This document shows, one piece after another, positions 1-13,321 of a stretch of DNA of 64,000 bases. Both the position numbers and the translations under genes were made by a program. This DNA comes from Styela clava (taxonomy: Eukaryota): assembly GCF_964204865.1 (NCBI RefSeq), contig NC_135259.1, positions 16,802,001 to 16,866,000 on the forward strand, read 5' to 3'. Within the stretch, counting starts at the first letter, position 1; each line of letters begins with the position of its first letter. The notes beneath the pieces were generated by a model. That model saw only the letters and a list, made by a program, of their open reading frames with translations. It ran no database searches and was not told the DNA's origin.

Positions 1-74
1 TGTAAAAATCCTATTGCTTCAGCTCCGAAAATGTGATTTGTTACCTAATACAATGTTTTTGAATAAACTTTCAG

Positions 75-1423
75 CTTCTACGAGTATAAAATATGAGTTG
101 GAAATTATGAAAACTAAAGTGAGCCAACTTGACTCCAAAATATTGATTGGAGATAAAAAATTGGTGAGATTAAGTAAAAGCAACCAAATATATATTTTTT
201 TATCTATCATTTTTTATTATCAATTTTCACAAATTATATGATAATTATTTTTGTACATTAAACATTAAAAAACGAAATTTTTGTTGTTTATGTTGCATCT
301 AGTTATACAGTGACATGCAAGCACACAATAATTTAGTTTTATTGTAAATTTAGTTTGCTTTACAGAAAGCAAATCTGACTGAAGCGAGTTCGAATATTGA
401 CAAATTATTGTCCATTATCGGGTGGTTCAGAGCAAGCAATAATCTCATTTATAAACGTTTCACTGATTCTGTCAACTATACAACTGCAAAGGCTATATGT
501 GAAGGAATGGGGGCTCGCTTGGTTTCAACTGGAATTAGGAACAACCAAGTGAAAAAGTATGTCTGTTGATTGCAAAAAAATATGTAATTTGTAAAAAAGC
601 TAGATTTGTTTGTTTTGGGGAGTTATGTGTAGTATTAGGGCAAAAAAGTTTTTTCTCAAATACTGAAAAATTTATTTGGAGTTTATAATAGCTCAAATTG
701 TAACTACTTTCAGAAAGCTAGTATTTGACTTTGAAATTTGTTGCGTTGGAAACATCTTCTTGGCGTGTAGTTTCAGTTATTTATCATTATTTATAGGTTA
801 TTTTTTACAGCACAAATGAAATGTATTGTTAAGTGAAAACCAAACATGTACGTGGTACCTTGTACTTTGTTGATAATGACACAAAAACTATTCTTCACTA
901 TCACTTAACAAATGCTTTGAAATATTCAGCGTAAATAGAAAAAGTGTCAACTACAACCTCATTTTTTATTTTTTCACAATCTTTGTGGCACTTTGAGCTC
1001 GCTGTTTTAACACAAATTTTGCTAATTAATTGGTAAATTAATCTTTCATAAGAATAAAACGTACCACTAAATTTGTAACTTTATCTCTTGTACATGTGAA
1101 CTGTAATATAGGAATGAGGCTATAAATGAAGTTTTAACTCTCGGTAATTTATAATCCTGCATCTTCTCAGTGAAATATTTACGAAACATTACTTAACCGG
1201 AGCGTATGCATGGATAGGATTGGACGACATCAGCAATGAAGGAGTTTGGATTTGGTCGGATGGAGTAAATGATTCACCAAGCGCGATATGGGCACCGGGG
1301 GAACCAACAGGAGGTTTTAACGAAGACTGCGCAATCATGCTATTTTGGAATTCCAAACTTGTTGTTTATGATGGTGGCTGTACTGATTCCTATCGATTTG
1401 TTTGCGAAAAAGACTTTGCATGA
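75..1423 (+). CDS. G1: type II TM C-type lectin receptor, 3' part only (5' exons lie outside the window)
   Basis: Exons 75-163 (neck), 366-556 (CTLD-A: ...IIGWFRASNNLIYKRF...AICEGMGARLVS) and 1171-1423 (CTLD-B: AWIGLDD...WIWSDG...EPT...EDC...VYDGGC...FVCE*). GT-AG boundaries and phases are compatible. Confidence 0.85.
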
Positions 1424-2936
1424 TATTCCTAATATTTTATTTTTTTTAGTTCGAGTTTTTAGATAATCTAATAAATCAGTTCAAATAAGAAATAATAATC
1501 AAGAAATGTAAGCGCATTTCACTTTCTCATCGTTAAGTTGTTTCATGAAAATATATTGTTCGATTTTATTTCGAAAATATTGTTTCATATTGTAATCTAC
1601 CTTAATTTATGTTTATTAGCAAAAAAAATATTGTAGTATTTGTTATATTAATTTCATGTTTATTAAATGCTTTCAAGTTTATTATTTTCAATTCGAAGAC
1701 CCCGAAGTTTTATTCTTGCCATTTAACGCACGAAAACGCAGAAGAAAAATTGAAATTACATATTAAAAGTCCAAGAAAGATTTAAATTTGTATATGTATT
1801 TGTCCATCGGATTAATTGAAATTGTGCTCAATTAATTCAGAGACATTATAAAAAATTTATTTCTGAATTAGGTTAGATATTTTAATATATTTTCTCACTT
1901 TATGAATTTCATTGTTTCAAATTCAATCATGAAAATTGCGATTGCGCTACAAACGCGTTGCGCTACAAACTGGTTATTTTGTAATCTCTATTACATATTA
2001 TTATGTTTATTATGTGATAAACGCTATGGTGATATTTATTTGAAATGTAAATGATAACCAAATCGTGTCCATCTACACAATGTTTTTCACAACGTTCCTT
2101 GTATATTTACCTATAAAATTTTTTTATTTATGCAACAAAGTCGATCCAAATTCTGTGTGACATGTTTAAAGTTATGACTATTCTTCTGTAATAAACTTGT
2201 TAATATATTTAAAGTATACTTCCGTATTGGTGTTTTCTGCAAATTGATTTTGACACACTAAATTTTTATGGAATTTTTTAGGCTTAATATGTGGTTGTGA
2301 ATTGTGATGAAAATTATGTAAACTTGTTTCTGTTTTTATTTACGTTTATAATATTATCTACTTTCACATCTTATCAATTCATGTTCTGCTTTTTGTATTA
2401 AAAGAAATGTAAAAACAATTCAAGAAAAAATTTGATCAATAATATTCAAATTTTAATTAGTGTGATGAGTCTTTTGCGAACACTTTATTTTGGATCATCA
2501 AAACGTTGAAAAAATTTGTAGTCATTTCAATATTTGTGAAATCCATTCATATTTAAAATTTTACCTTATTCTGTTATGGCTAGTGCAAATGTGCAGCATG
2601 GGGGAGCAATGGGCATGTGAAATAAATTGAATGCGATTTGCGACGAAATGGCATTGTGTCAAGATGTACCGGGGTTTCAGCAAGTGCGACCTTCCCTGCT
2701 TGAAGATTAATCTGAACTGTTACTTATTCATGAATATTATTTTACAGGACATAAGTCATAATATATATATCATTCATAATACACACAGATAAGCGGCGCA
2801 CAAGCTTAGATGAAAGATAAGTAGTTGGTCCTACAGAAGCCAAATCATCAACGAAAGTACTAATTCATAAATTGTTAAATATTAATGTATGAAAATATGT
2901 AAATAAATCTGTACGATATTTTTACTACTAATTTAG

Positions 2937-3098
2937 TGAAATATTGTCGGTACGTTTCTTAATCGGAGAAAGTGCATGAATATGATTGGACGACATTAGC
3001 AATGAGAGAATTTAGGTATGGTCGGATGGAATGCATGATTTTCCAAGATATCATTGGGGATCAGCAGAACCGAACGGCAACAGAAGAGAAAACTGCGG
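2937..3098 (+). pseudogene. Orphan, decayed CTLD-B exon
   Basis: Starts ag|TGAAATA like CTLD-B. In-frame stops replace the W and G of WIGL, yet EPNGNRRENC is retained. Truncated at the 3' end. Confidence 0.8.
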
Positions 3099-5951
3099 AA
3101 AAAATTTTCAATTAAAATGTTTACTTTATTATTTTTTTTATTTTATATTCGTTTCTCAAATTTACTATCTCCAACTAATGACCATTAAATCAAACTTTAT
3201 CATATCAGAATCGAAATTCGATATTGATCTTGAAGAAACAGTCATCAGTAAAAAAATGTAATGGAGTTGCGCAAGGAATTGTCTATTTTGTATTATACAT
3301 TTCATGCTATGATGCTTTTGAAAATTGATGATTGTGACAAACTGCATGTGGATAGTCCCAAAAGGTTATGATTCAGGTGACCATTACGCATATTATTTTC
3401 AATTATTTAATCTAATTCAGGCACATCAAATGCTGTATGTCAAACAAAGTTTTGACAAAGCTACCAAAAAAAAATTCACTGCAATTGCTGATAATTTTTT
3501 TCATTATTAACATGTTTTAAATCTGAAAACTTTTATCCAAATATCAAATATTTGATGTCTAAACATATTTTCGTCAGCAGAAAACAAAAACAAAAGTACT
3601 ACGGCCAAACTGGCTCAGGGCCTGAAAAATTAAAAACATCTGTAGAGAGTAAATTTATATCAAATATATTTTAATTTTGACCTGTAACACTGCAAAGTCT
3701 GATTGGTAAAAAAGATAGATTCATAGCTAGATTGAAATGTTGTTTTAAACTTATAATGCACATAAACCAGCTTATTTCGAACATTCTGATCAAATATTTG
3801 TTAACTCAAAAGACTCTTTTATCTGATGAAATTTGTGGTTTTCTCTTTAGATTTAGAATTTAATTTTAGGATTTTGGTAATTTTACTTCATAAAGATGAA
3901 GATTTCACAGTTAATAAATAAACTTTATTGACATCGTCATGCTTCTAGCTTTCAAAAAGTCTCTATAATACTCAGCTAAATAATTTTTAAATATTTTCAA
4001 CATTTTTGGCATATTGATAATAGTATGGTTGACCAATTACGTATATGAGATGCGACTTTTCGACCAAATAACAATGCGCCAAGAGGTAGAAGTGTTTTTA
4101 TTTGTTTTAATAGGCATTGTTTCCGTAACAGGAAACGATTAATAATTGAAGGGGCATTATAGGAAAATCAATCCTAAAGCCCAACAAACGCAGTGACCTT
4201 TTTGGCGCAGTACACAAAAACAAAATGAACAATAATAGAAAATATTTGGATAGTGAGTGTTTGCTAATGAATTACTAACTCTTCCTGCTTTTTAACAGTC
4301 TTTTTGTTGTATTCAAACTCTGAAAGAAAATTAATAAGAATATTTAAACCTGCATGCACATTTTTGAATCCAGCCGTAGATTTTTGCAATAATTTTATCT
4401 ATTGGGCATTTGCACTCAATGCGTTTATATTTCCACGTAAATTTGCGACTGTGTATAACTGTGATAATGACTTTAAATCCATATTATCAATGCGTCAAAG
4501 GTGGGAGACAAAATATATATTTTACGAAAAGCAATGATAACTATAGTTACCGAATATGTGACACATTACTTCCTTGATACTTGAGCTAAGAAATGTTTTT
4601 ATATGGCCAATGCTCGCTCCAAGAATATCATGATATAAATAGGAATAGAAAAGATTCTCTTTCATTTTATATTTACACACGTGGATTTATTTACATTTAG
4701 ACGTGTGGGGCTTAACTACTTGACGTACTCGATATGAGAAATTAAATAACTTCAATATGAGCCAATCACATTTCAATAATACTGGTTAGGACACAGGGAA
4801 GAAAGAAGAATTTTTGCCAAGCTATACTGAGTTATTCAAGCTTACTAACAATATTGAAACCATCTTCTGGTAGATTGCTCTTTACTCCTACGCGACCTCG
4901 ACGGCCAGTTTCAATTAAAAATTGGTTGTCAACGCTTGGAAAATCCATAGTGGAAAATCCATCCAGTGGCGAAAAATGTCATTTTGGACACCTGAGACGT
5001 GAGTGGACCTATGGATCGTTTTAATATTATTTTTTTGTTCTTGTTAATTTTCGTCTTCATCATTATAAAATTGCCTTTCTCTTCAAATACTGAACCAATT
5101 GCTTTGAACTTTTCATTAGTTAAAGATTGATTTTTTTGCCAGAAGACTATTACTTTTGTTTATTCTCAAATTTTCTATGAATCTTATCAGATCTAGTATT
5201 TCATCCAAAATTGCGCTGTATAACTTTTTATTTATGGTTTTAATCCGCCAAGCGTGACGGCTGATTGGGAAAATTCTCGCGACTAGAAACTTGGAAGTTT
5301 TTGAGGGTACGGTACTGGTAACGTCTGGACTGCCAAGGTAAGGAAGGACTGCTTCGCTCTGGTCCACTTGTCCATATATATGAGCATTGCTCTCTTGTTA
5401 TTTATATATTATCATCATGTCTCTTCTATCAAATAATAATCTGATAGAAATACCATAAATAAGAATTTCCCAGTAACAGACAACCCTCATTCATACCATA
5501 TATATTGAAAGTATCAATAAATTTTGTTCGAGTAATTTTAAACAAATCAGAGGTGCAGACCAGATTGTATTTTTCCAAATGAAAATAGTTTGGAGAATAA
5601 TTTAATAATTTTGATTTAATGAGTCATAAATAACCGAATAAGACAAAACGTTTAACACATGATACCACATGATATGAAATTAGAAATATTCATTAATTGC
5701 TTGCAGTGACCCAAACCTGACCGGTGTGATTGAACTGTGATTGACGTGCATTGAAGCAATTGAGTGCGTCACATTGTCAACACAAACACAGCCTTGAAGA
5801 ATGATTGAATAAAATAATCATAAAATATAATGTGGATAATATATGCTAAACCGTTATGCGTTCATATTTGTAATTACGAGATTCATAACACATTGGTTAT
5901 TTTAAAACACGTATTCATTTAAATGTCGAGGAATTAGAATGTCACACATAC

Positions 5952-8052
5952 AAAAGGAATTTATCTTTCCCTGAAGAAATTAATTCTAAATGGAAATGGT
6001 TCCATTGTTAAAAATCCATTGGAAATAACCAATTGTTTCGACAACTATTTTGTGTCAATTGGAACTTTCGTCCAAGCTTCGTCGACCGAATTCTGATGTT
6101 TTCAAACGCTACGTGCAATGGGAAGTCAAAAGTACCGTTTATCTGGAACCAGTGGGTGAAAATAAACTATTAGCTGAACTAACCAAAATTAATATAAACA
6201 AGGCTAATGGGTCTGATAATATTCCACCAAAATTTATTAAGTTTACAGCTGATATTATATCTCCCTACTTAGCACTTCCTAGCTTCTCCCTACTTAGCTG
6301 TTTTTTTTTGTGTATGAAAAATGGGATTTTTCCATTAATTTTTAAAATTTCCAGAGTAACACCACTCCACAAAGCTGGAGATCGTAAAGTTTTTTCAAAT
6401 TATCGTCCCATTTCTGTACTCTCCTCAATTTCCAAAATTTTTGAACGTTTAATATACACACGCTTAAAACTATTTTTGACAAGCACAATGTTATAAGTGA
6501 CTATCAATTTGGTTTCCGTGAAAGCTGTAGTAGTGTAGTACCACCCATGGCGTTCTTGATATTATGAAATCTGCTATAGATGACTTAGAGAAAAATAAAA
6601 TTAATTTTAATGTTTTTCTTGACTTATCGAAAGCTTTCGATACTGTAAATCATTCTATATTGCTAATCAAACTGTCCATGTATGGTATTCGTGGTGTTGC
6701 TGGTTAATTACTGACAAGATACTTGTGTCAGCGTCAATATGTCAAATTGGATTCCACAACTTCACAATATCTCCCAATATCTTGCGGAGTTCCTCAGGGC
6801 TCAATTTTGGGGCCTTCACTATTTATAATCTATGTTAATGATCAAAATAATGATACCAATAGTGACACCAGAATGTTTGCTGATGACACATGTATTGCTA
6901 AAAGCCACCAATGCCCTCGTATTCTTCAAATTCTCATAAATGATGAAATAAGCAAAGTGGATGCCTGGATGAGAGCAAATAAATTGACTGTAAATTATTC
7001 TAAATCGACCTATATGCTTTCTCACCAAAAAAATATAAGTAAAGCTTTCCATGTATCTGTTGGTGATAAAATGTTAATTGAAGTGTCATGCATGAAATAT
7101 CTTGGGATAATTATTGACAACAAACTTAAATGGCATGCTCATACAGAATATATATATAGCAAGTTATCAAGAGTGACTGGAATTGTGTTCAAACTTAGAC
7201 ACTGTTTGACATTGCATACTTTGAAAATCATTTACTATTTATTATTTCATTCTTGTATTCTGTATGGTATTGTAACTTGGGGTTGTTGTGACAAAACCAG
7301 TCTTAACAAATTACAGCTAATCCAAAATAAAGCAATTTGAGCCATACGCGGGGTGCCACGCTGGGCAAATTTGAGTAGTTATTACAAAATCCTCGGTATT
7401 CTTAGAACAAAAGATCTATATTTTTATGAAATGGGAAGGCTCATGTATCAAGCGGTAAAAAGCACTGCCCCTCGCGTAATACAACAATATTTTGTTACAA
7501 CAAAAAATGCACATACATATGGTACTCGTTCATCTTGAAAGGGAGGATTATTTGTACCACGATTTTCATCCTCGCGGGCCGAAAATTTCATAAAGTACAA
7601 GGGTGTGAGAAATTTGAACGATATTAACGAAAACCTAAAAGAAATTTCCAGTTTAATGTTTTTTCCAAGAAGTATTTCCAGTCTTTTCTGAATAAGTACT
7701 GATTCATAACTTTTCAACTTATACGTTTTTATTTTGTGTCGTATAAAATTAAACGCCTTTTCTTGCCGCTTCTATTTCAAATTCGTCTCAATATGTGTCA
7801 CATTACTCTTGTTGCTTGATTGTTAGTTACAACAAGTTAAAATGTTTTATAATTGGTATAATATAAAATGTAATCTGTCAGCCTTTTTTATGCCAGGAAT
7901 GTTATTTCGATTTAGTGACCGTATGGTCCTTCCAACCTTCTATCAATTTCGTTGTTAGTCGATTTATTCTTCTTTTACTTATTGAATGTTGTTGTTTGTG
8001 TTTGATTTGTTGGCTAATGACTGGATGATGAATAAACTTTTATCTATCTATC
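5952..8052 (+). mobile_element. 5'-truncated, degenerate non-LTR retrotransposon (CR1/L2/Jockey-group RT)
   Basis: RT motifs [41 protein letters not shown] and FADDT are split by frameshifts and stops. 3' AATAAA is followed by an (ATCT)n tail. Ends are defined by the empty paralogous site gtcacatatactgtcac near 56391. Confidence 0.9.
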
Positions 8053-8386
8053 TACTGTCACATGTTCTGTTCTTTTCAGAACCACCTTTGATGTTGTGTT
8101 ATTTCACTAGAATTTACATAATCGAGAATACATCTAGAGCTATAAATTGAAACAGATAATGTGGTATGACGTATGCACTGTCACATAACCGAGTGTATGT
8201 TGTTTTTTGCCATAAGGGTTTTGCCGCCCACTGATAATAATAATATCGGAATTACGTTGATATTGATTTCATTTGACGTGAAATGTTAGCTGATTAATCA
8301 ATGTTAGCTGCTAATTCTCTATGAAACGGTTATCGGCACTAAGACTTCGCATTTGAGAGGCATAACATTTTATAAAGCTTGTGAAG

Positions 8387-10739
8387 ATGGAATATTATGT
8401 AAATTGTCAAAGTGAAAATGAATATGAAACCCCTCAAACTGCTTCAGGGCCGCCTGTGATTCCTAAACAAGGTTTGTGTTTTATTTGATTTGCAAAAAAT
8501 TTAATTTGTGAAATTTCAATAGAAAAAATAGATATAGTATGTAAACAAAAATGGGAATACATTATGTGCCCCGCTTTGCATTTCAGGAGAAATGGATGTG
8601 GTAACACTTCATTTCGGGTAAAAATATGAATTTTGTTTACATGAGTCGTTCAAGGTATGAATTTCCAAGCTCGTATTCTTTAGCGGCTGCAGACACGGTA
8701 ACATGGGTCAACTGCTTTGGCTTGCCTGCTAAAACCACATGTTCAACTTGAGCAAGATTTCCAACCAGTGCGACCATCCATTCACGCTCCGTAGCTTGCC
8801 CCGCCTCATCTACAAAATATTCCTATTTTTTGTAGTAATATTTGAGAAAAACCTTAAAAAAATATAATTAATTCATACATAAGTATGACAAGAGTAATAT
8901 TCTATGTGATCTCATATACGACAAGTCTATTATTGACGTTTCACATATATTTTTTTCATAGACAACAATAAAGCTACGAATACGAAAACTTTGTTTGTCC
9001 TGGGGATATTTCTGGGAATCTGCACGTTAGTGTCTGTTGCTGCATTTATTTTGATTATACAAGTTAGTATAGTTATCGTGTATTTTCGATATTTATCCAA
9101 TTTTGAATTTAAATTAACTTTATGTACTACTTTATTAAACCGATTATTTATATGATACGATTTGCTTTAAATTTTTTTCAAGCTTCAGGACGAAATGAAA
9201 CTTATGAGAGAAAAACTGGACACGTTAAAAACGACTCTCAAAAACGTAAGATATATCAATTTATAATCGAATTGTGTCATTTAAATTACCAACAAATTTT
9301 TATCATTTATTTTTTTCTGTTAAAACTTTGAATAAAAGGACAACGGAATTAAATTCCAATCTTGCAAAAATTTGAAATGGAATACAAAAAAGTAAATTAA
9401 AGTAAGCAACGCTTTCAAAAAAAGAAGTAAAAACGACGTCTAAAATCAAAATCTATCTATTCTAGATTGACAAATTTTCACATTTTATTTTACTTTCAGA
9501 ACAAATTGAAATAGTACAGAAGCTAGCAATAAAATTCAATTCTTCCTGTACAAAGATCTTAAACAAAAATTAGGTTGTTATTATCAATATTTCAAATAAT
9601 GAATGAATCCCTTGAGAAAGAATAAAAACAAGAAAGATACTTTTAAATAAAATCTACTATAAATTTCAATTAAAACGCGCCAATTCTGAATATAGAAAAT
9701 TTATTGTTGTATTCAATAAACATTTAACCGAGAATATCAGTCGGAGACCGAAGACTTATCGATCGGAGGTTAGGAGATCCCCCAAAACAGCGCTCTTACT
9801 CCATAGTGACACCGTGTGTCCCATCACTAATTAGTTAATAACTCGCTAATTATACGACATAATTCATCGAAAATTTAATTGTTTTCGTGAGATATCACAT
9901 GTATCTAACAAACAAACAAAGAAACAGACAAATACCTATCAACCTATATCTTAAGATCGATAAGTAATAACCTCATTAGAAATAGAAGTCGAAAAAATAT
10001 TGCTGCTGATATTGCTTTTATGGTTGGAAAATTTAGATCAAAATATTTTAAAATTCTATTCAAGATTTGAATCCTATTTTAAAATCCTAGTTTAACTTTA
10101 TTTCACAGAACACAAACCTGACTGATGCAAATTCTTGGATGAACGAAATGTTTTCCCTATCCGGATGGTTCAGAGCAAGCAATAATCTCATTTATAAACG
10201 TTTCACTGATTCTGTCAACTACGCAACTGCAAAGGCTCAATGTGAAGAAATGGGAGCTCGTTTAGTATCGACTGGAATAAGGGACAACAAAGTGAAAATG
10301 TATGTTAGTGGTGGGTTACATTACGAAATAACGTGAATTTGTAGTCATCGATTGTAGTTCGATGAAGCAGGTGGAAGATTCATATGAACTGTTATTTTTA
10401 AGGGAATTATGTCTTGATAATAATCGTTATTGTAGTTTTACTACAAAAAATCTGAAACTGACCGTAATTATTATTATTCCATTTAGTGAAATATTCCCGA
10501 AACATTACTTAGCCGGAGTTAGTGCATGGATAGGATTGGACGACATCAGAAATGAAGGAATTTGGGTTTGGTCGGATGGCGTAAATGAATCACCAAATTC
10601 TCTTTGGGATGCGCCAGAACCAAACGGCGGTAGAACCGAAAACTGCGTAGAAGTAGTATTCTATAATTCGACATTTGTTGGCAATGATGCTCCTTGCACT
10701 CTTTTCCGTCGTTTTGTTTGCGAAAGGGAGGTCAATTAA
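8387..10739 (+). CDS. G2: type II TM C-type lectin receptor, short neck, about 230 aa, EPN/GND
   Basis: Exons 8387-8471 (MEYYVNCQSENEYETPQ...), 8962-9062 (TM LFVLGIFLGICTLVSVAAFILII), 9183-9245, 10109-10299 and 10487-10739; total 693 nt, open frame. Confidence 0.8.
8637..8822 (-). pseudogene. MOV10/UPF1-like SF1 RNA helicase fragment, antisense in G2 intron 1
   Basis: Minus strand reads YFVDEAGQATEREWMVALVGNLAQVEHVVLAGKPKQLTHVTVSAAAKEYELGNSYLERLM*, matching the DEAGQ, LAGDPxQL and SxLERL motifs. Confidence 0.8.
9732..9967 (-). mobile_element. Non-autonomous Helentron-like (HINE/DINE-1-type) element in a G2 intron
   Basis: 11-bp sub-terminal inverted repeats ACTTATCGATC (9754-9764) and GATCGATAAGT (9955-9965), an adjacent hairpin TCGG-AGA-CCGA and an (ACAA)n microsatellite. 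Absent from the paralogous G12 intron. Confidence 0.6.
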
Positions 10740-11533
10740 TGTTCTCCTGAATGAATTTCCCTTTCACAAAACATTGCTTGATTTGAATTCAAAAATATTT
10801 TATGATTTTGCGATTTAATTTACTGTTAGTTTAACCTTGAAAAAAGTGAACTTATTTAAACAAATATGAAGTTTTTTTTTAATTCAATTATTTACGTTAT
10901 TATTTTTTATTTTAGAGTTGTTTCTCAAATTTACTATCTTTGACTAATGACCATAATATCATACTTTTATTTTGTCTGAATCGAACGACCAAAAAAATTG
11001 CAAATAGGTCTTTCATTTTGGAAGCGTTTATTTTTAATTATTGAAAACATTTTAACAATTTGATATTAATTTAAATCTTGATCAAACAGTTATCAAGAAA
11101 AAGTGAAATTAAGTTGCTGAACGATTTTTCTATTTTGCATTCTACAATTGAATCATTTTGTTTAATCACAAAATTCACTTTAAATGCTGAACGTCTAACC
11201 TAAAGTTTTAATAAAGCCACCGCAAAATAGGTATATACATATATTCGGATACCTATTTGCGAAAAAAAAAGCCCAAGTTGAATGAATGAGATTTACGATC
11301 CTACCGAACTAAGTAAGGCCAGACTGGCTGAGCAAACATTCTGAGCAAAATTTTTGTTAAACACATAAGAGGTATCTCTTTTCTTTATGTTTTTCGCTTT
11401 AAATTAGGATTCCTGTTTCAGTGCTTCGTTAATTTTATTTGATGAATTTACTTCAGAAAGATGAAGATTGCACAGATAATAAATAAATGTCATTGACATC
11501 GTTATGCCTCTTGCTGTTATAGATACTCTAGAC

Positions 11534-13321
11534 CAGGGCTTCCCAAAAATTTGAGCTCGCGGCCCCTTTTATTATATTAAAATTTTTCGCGGCCCTTGTT
11601 CGCGTTAATAATGCTAAACAGCACGAAATATGCATTTTTGATGTTTTATTGACACAGCTAATTCTCAAATTTTAGTAGGCCTACTCAATTACAAAAACAA
11701 GCACATATTTATTCCGATTAACGTTACTCAATTATTCAGTGTAATGGGTGCGAATACTTTTTGCTGCATAGAAAGTCCAGCCTTGGCTCAATGTTTGTTT
11801 ATGCAGGCCTAAATGATGAATTACGATGTCTGGCCACCGACGGCATGGTCCCTTTTCGGAATTGTTCACTCTTATTGATCAAACTTAGCATAAGACAGCG
11901 GTTTGTGTGGCGCCAAATTATCAAGGAAAAAACTCATGGCGCACCTACACGAAAAATATGCTGCCTGAAAGTAAAACACAATTTTGTCATCGTTAATATG
12001 TACTTATCTTATCTCTGCCTGGTTTTTCTTCAAAATGCTAAAAAAATCACTCATGTTCAGCAAATGAATAAACTGCAGCCTACGGAATTGCAGCATGTAG
12101 GATACCCGACGTAACAGAGCATACACAACATAGAATATTGAAATGAAATTGATTCGTATACACATCATTTGCAACAATGAGAAACAATAAAACATTTAGA
12201 ATAAATAAAATATGTAACATATTTCGAGGCGCACTTAGCAAATCGCCCCCAGGAACCGCTAGCTTAACGATTATTAAAGCCGGCATTGTTATGCAAGCAC
12301 ACGCAAATCGGGTCTTACGATCAGAATATGCATTGTTATGCAAGCGCGATGATTCTACTGTGTTTCCCCGAAAGGAAAACTAAGCCTGAATTTTAGAAAT
12401 TATTTTTATTAAAAACGCTCTCCTTTAAAAAAGACTTAGTCGATAGCGCAAATTCTTTTGACCTAATCCCGTGGAAGTGCGTCGTTTCAATTTTGCTAGG
12501 ACGTCGCAAAATTTCGTGATTCGTGAACCTTTCAAACAACCCATATATATCTTTTACTTTTACAAAAAAAGGGAAGATTATATCGATCTTACCTGTGATG
12601 GTGTTACAATAAAAAAGTTTAATTCTGAAAATTCGTTTTTTTGTAGATAAAGATTATTTTTCTTGATTCAATAAGCGTTGCGGACTCCTATCCCCTTTTG
12701 CGAATTCGTTTTTATATAAACCAGACTTTTCTACCAAGGTCCATTAAACGTGATTTCACTGACTGTTGTTATGTTTTGTTTGTTCTATTATATGAAATTC
12801 ATTGCAAAAAAAGTCTTATGGAAAGGTATCCCATACGTATTTTCACGGGAAGTCGTAACTTGAGCATATTTTTGGAGGGCGTCATAATACAATGTTCGAG
12901 AACCACTGAGTCCCAGTCGATAGCAAGAAATTTCTACTCTTTCTACTTTTAAATGGTTGATAATCTATATGTAGCAGTTATTTTAAATAAATACGTGCTA
13001 TTTATAAGTAATGGAAATCGGTATTCATATTTGGCATAATAAAACATCTCGTTATTCTCTACATCCCCCCAAAATAAGCCCTAGTGTTATTTTCAAAATA
13101 AAATTGAAGACACTGTTTTATTTACACAGTATGATAATGTGTTCATTAGGAATCGTGAAATTTTTGTTTCACATTATTTTTAGTAATTGTATTTCGAATC
13201 AAGAGTCTGGAAAAGTACAATAAATATAGTACTTTGTGTAAAACTGGTGCTCTCTTTGGGCCCCCCAAAATTCGTTTCGCGGCCCCTTCCAGGGCCGCGG
13301 CCTCTAATTTGGAAAGCACTG
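11534..13321 (-). mobile_element. Non-autonomous hAT (Charlie/Buster-like) DNA transposon
   Basis: Termini CAGGGCTTCCCAAA and TTTGGAAAGCACTG, GCGGCCC subterminal repeats, and an 8-bp TSD CTCTAGAC/CTCTAGAA. A transposase C-terminal remnant TNIEPRLDFLCSKKYSHPLH* lies at about 11736-11798 (-). Confidence 0.85.

Noticed and set aside
4985-5440. Insertion with GTGGACC/GGTCCAC inverted motif and ORF 5116-5367
   Set aside because: Probably an old DNA-element remnant, but the TIR and TSD could not be defined and the ORF has no recognisable motif.
8387-8471. Canonical ITAM, ITIM or hemITAM in the tails
   Set aside because: The +3 residues after Tyr are C/G/F/V/D and P/A/S, not the required L/I pattern. 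Reported instead as a non-canonical motif.
8387-10739. Assigning gene symbols such as CD209, CD94 or CLEC4
   Set aside because: Architecture is similar but orthology cannot be shown without phylogeny.
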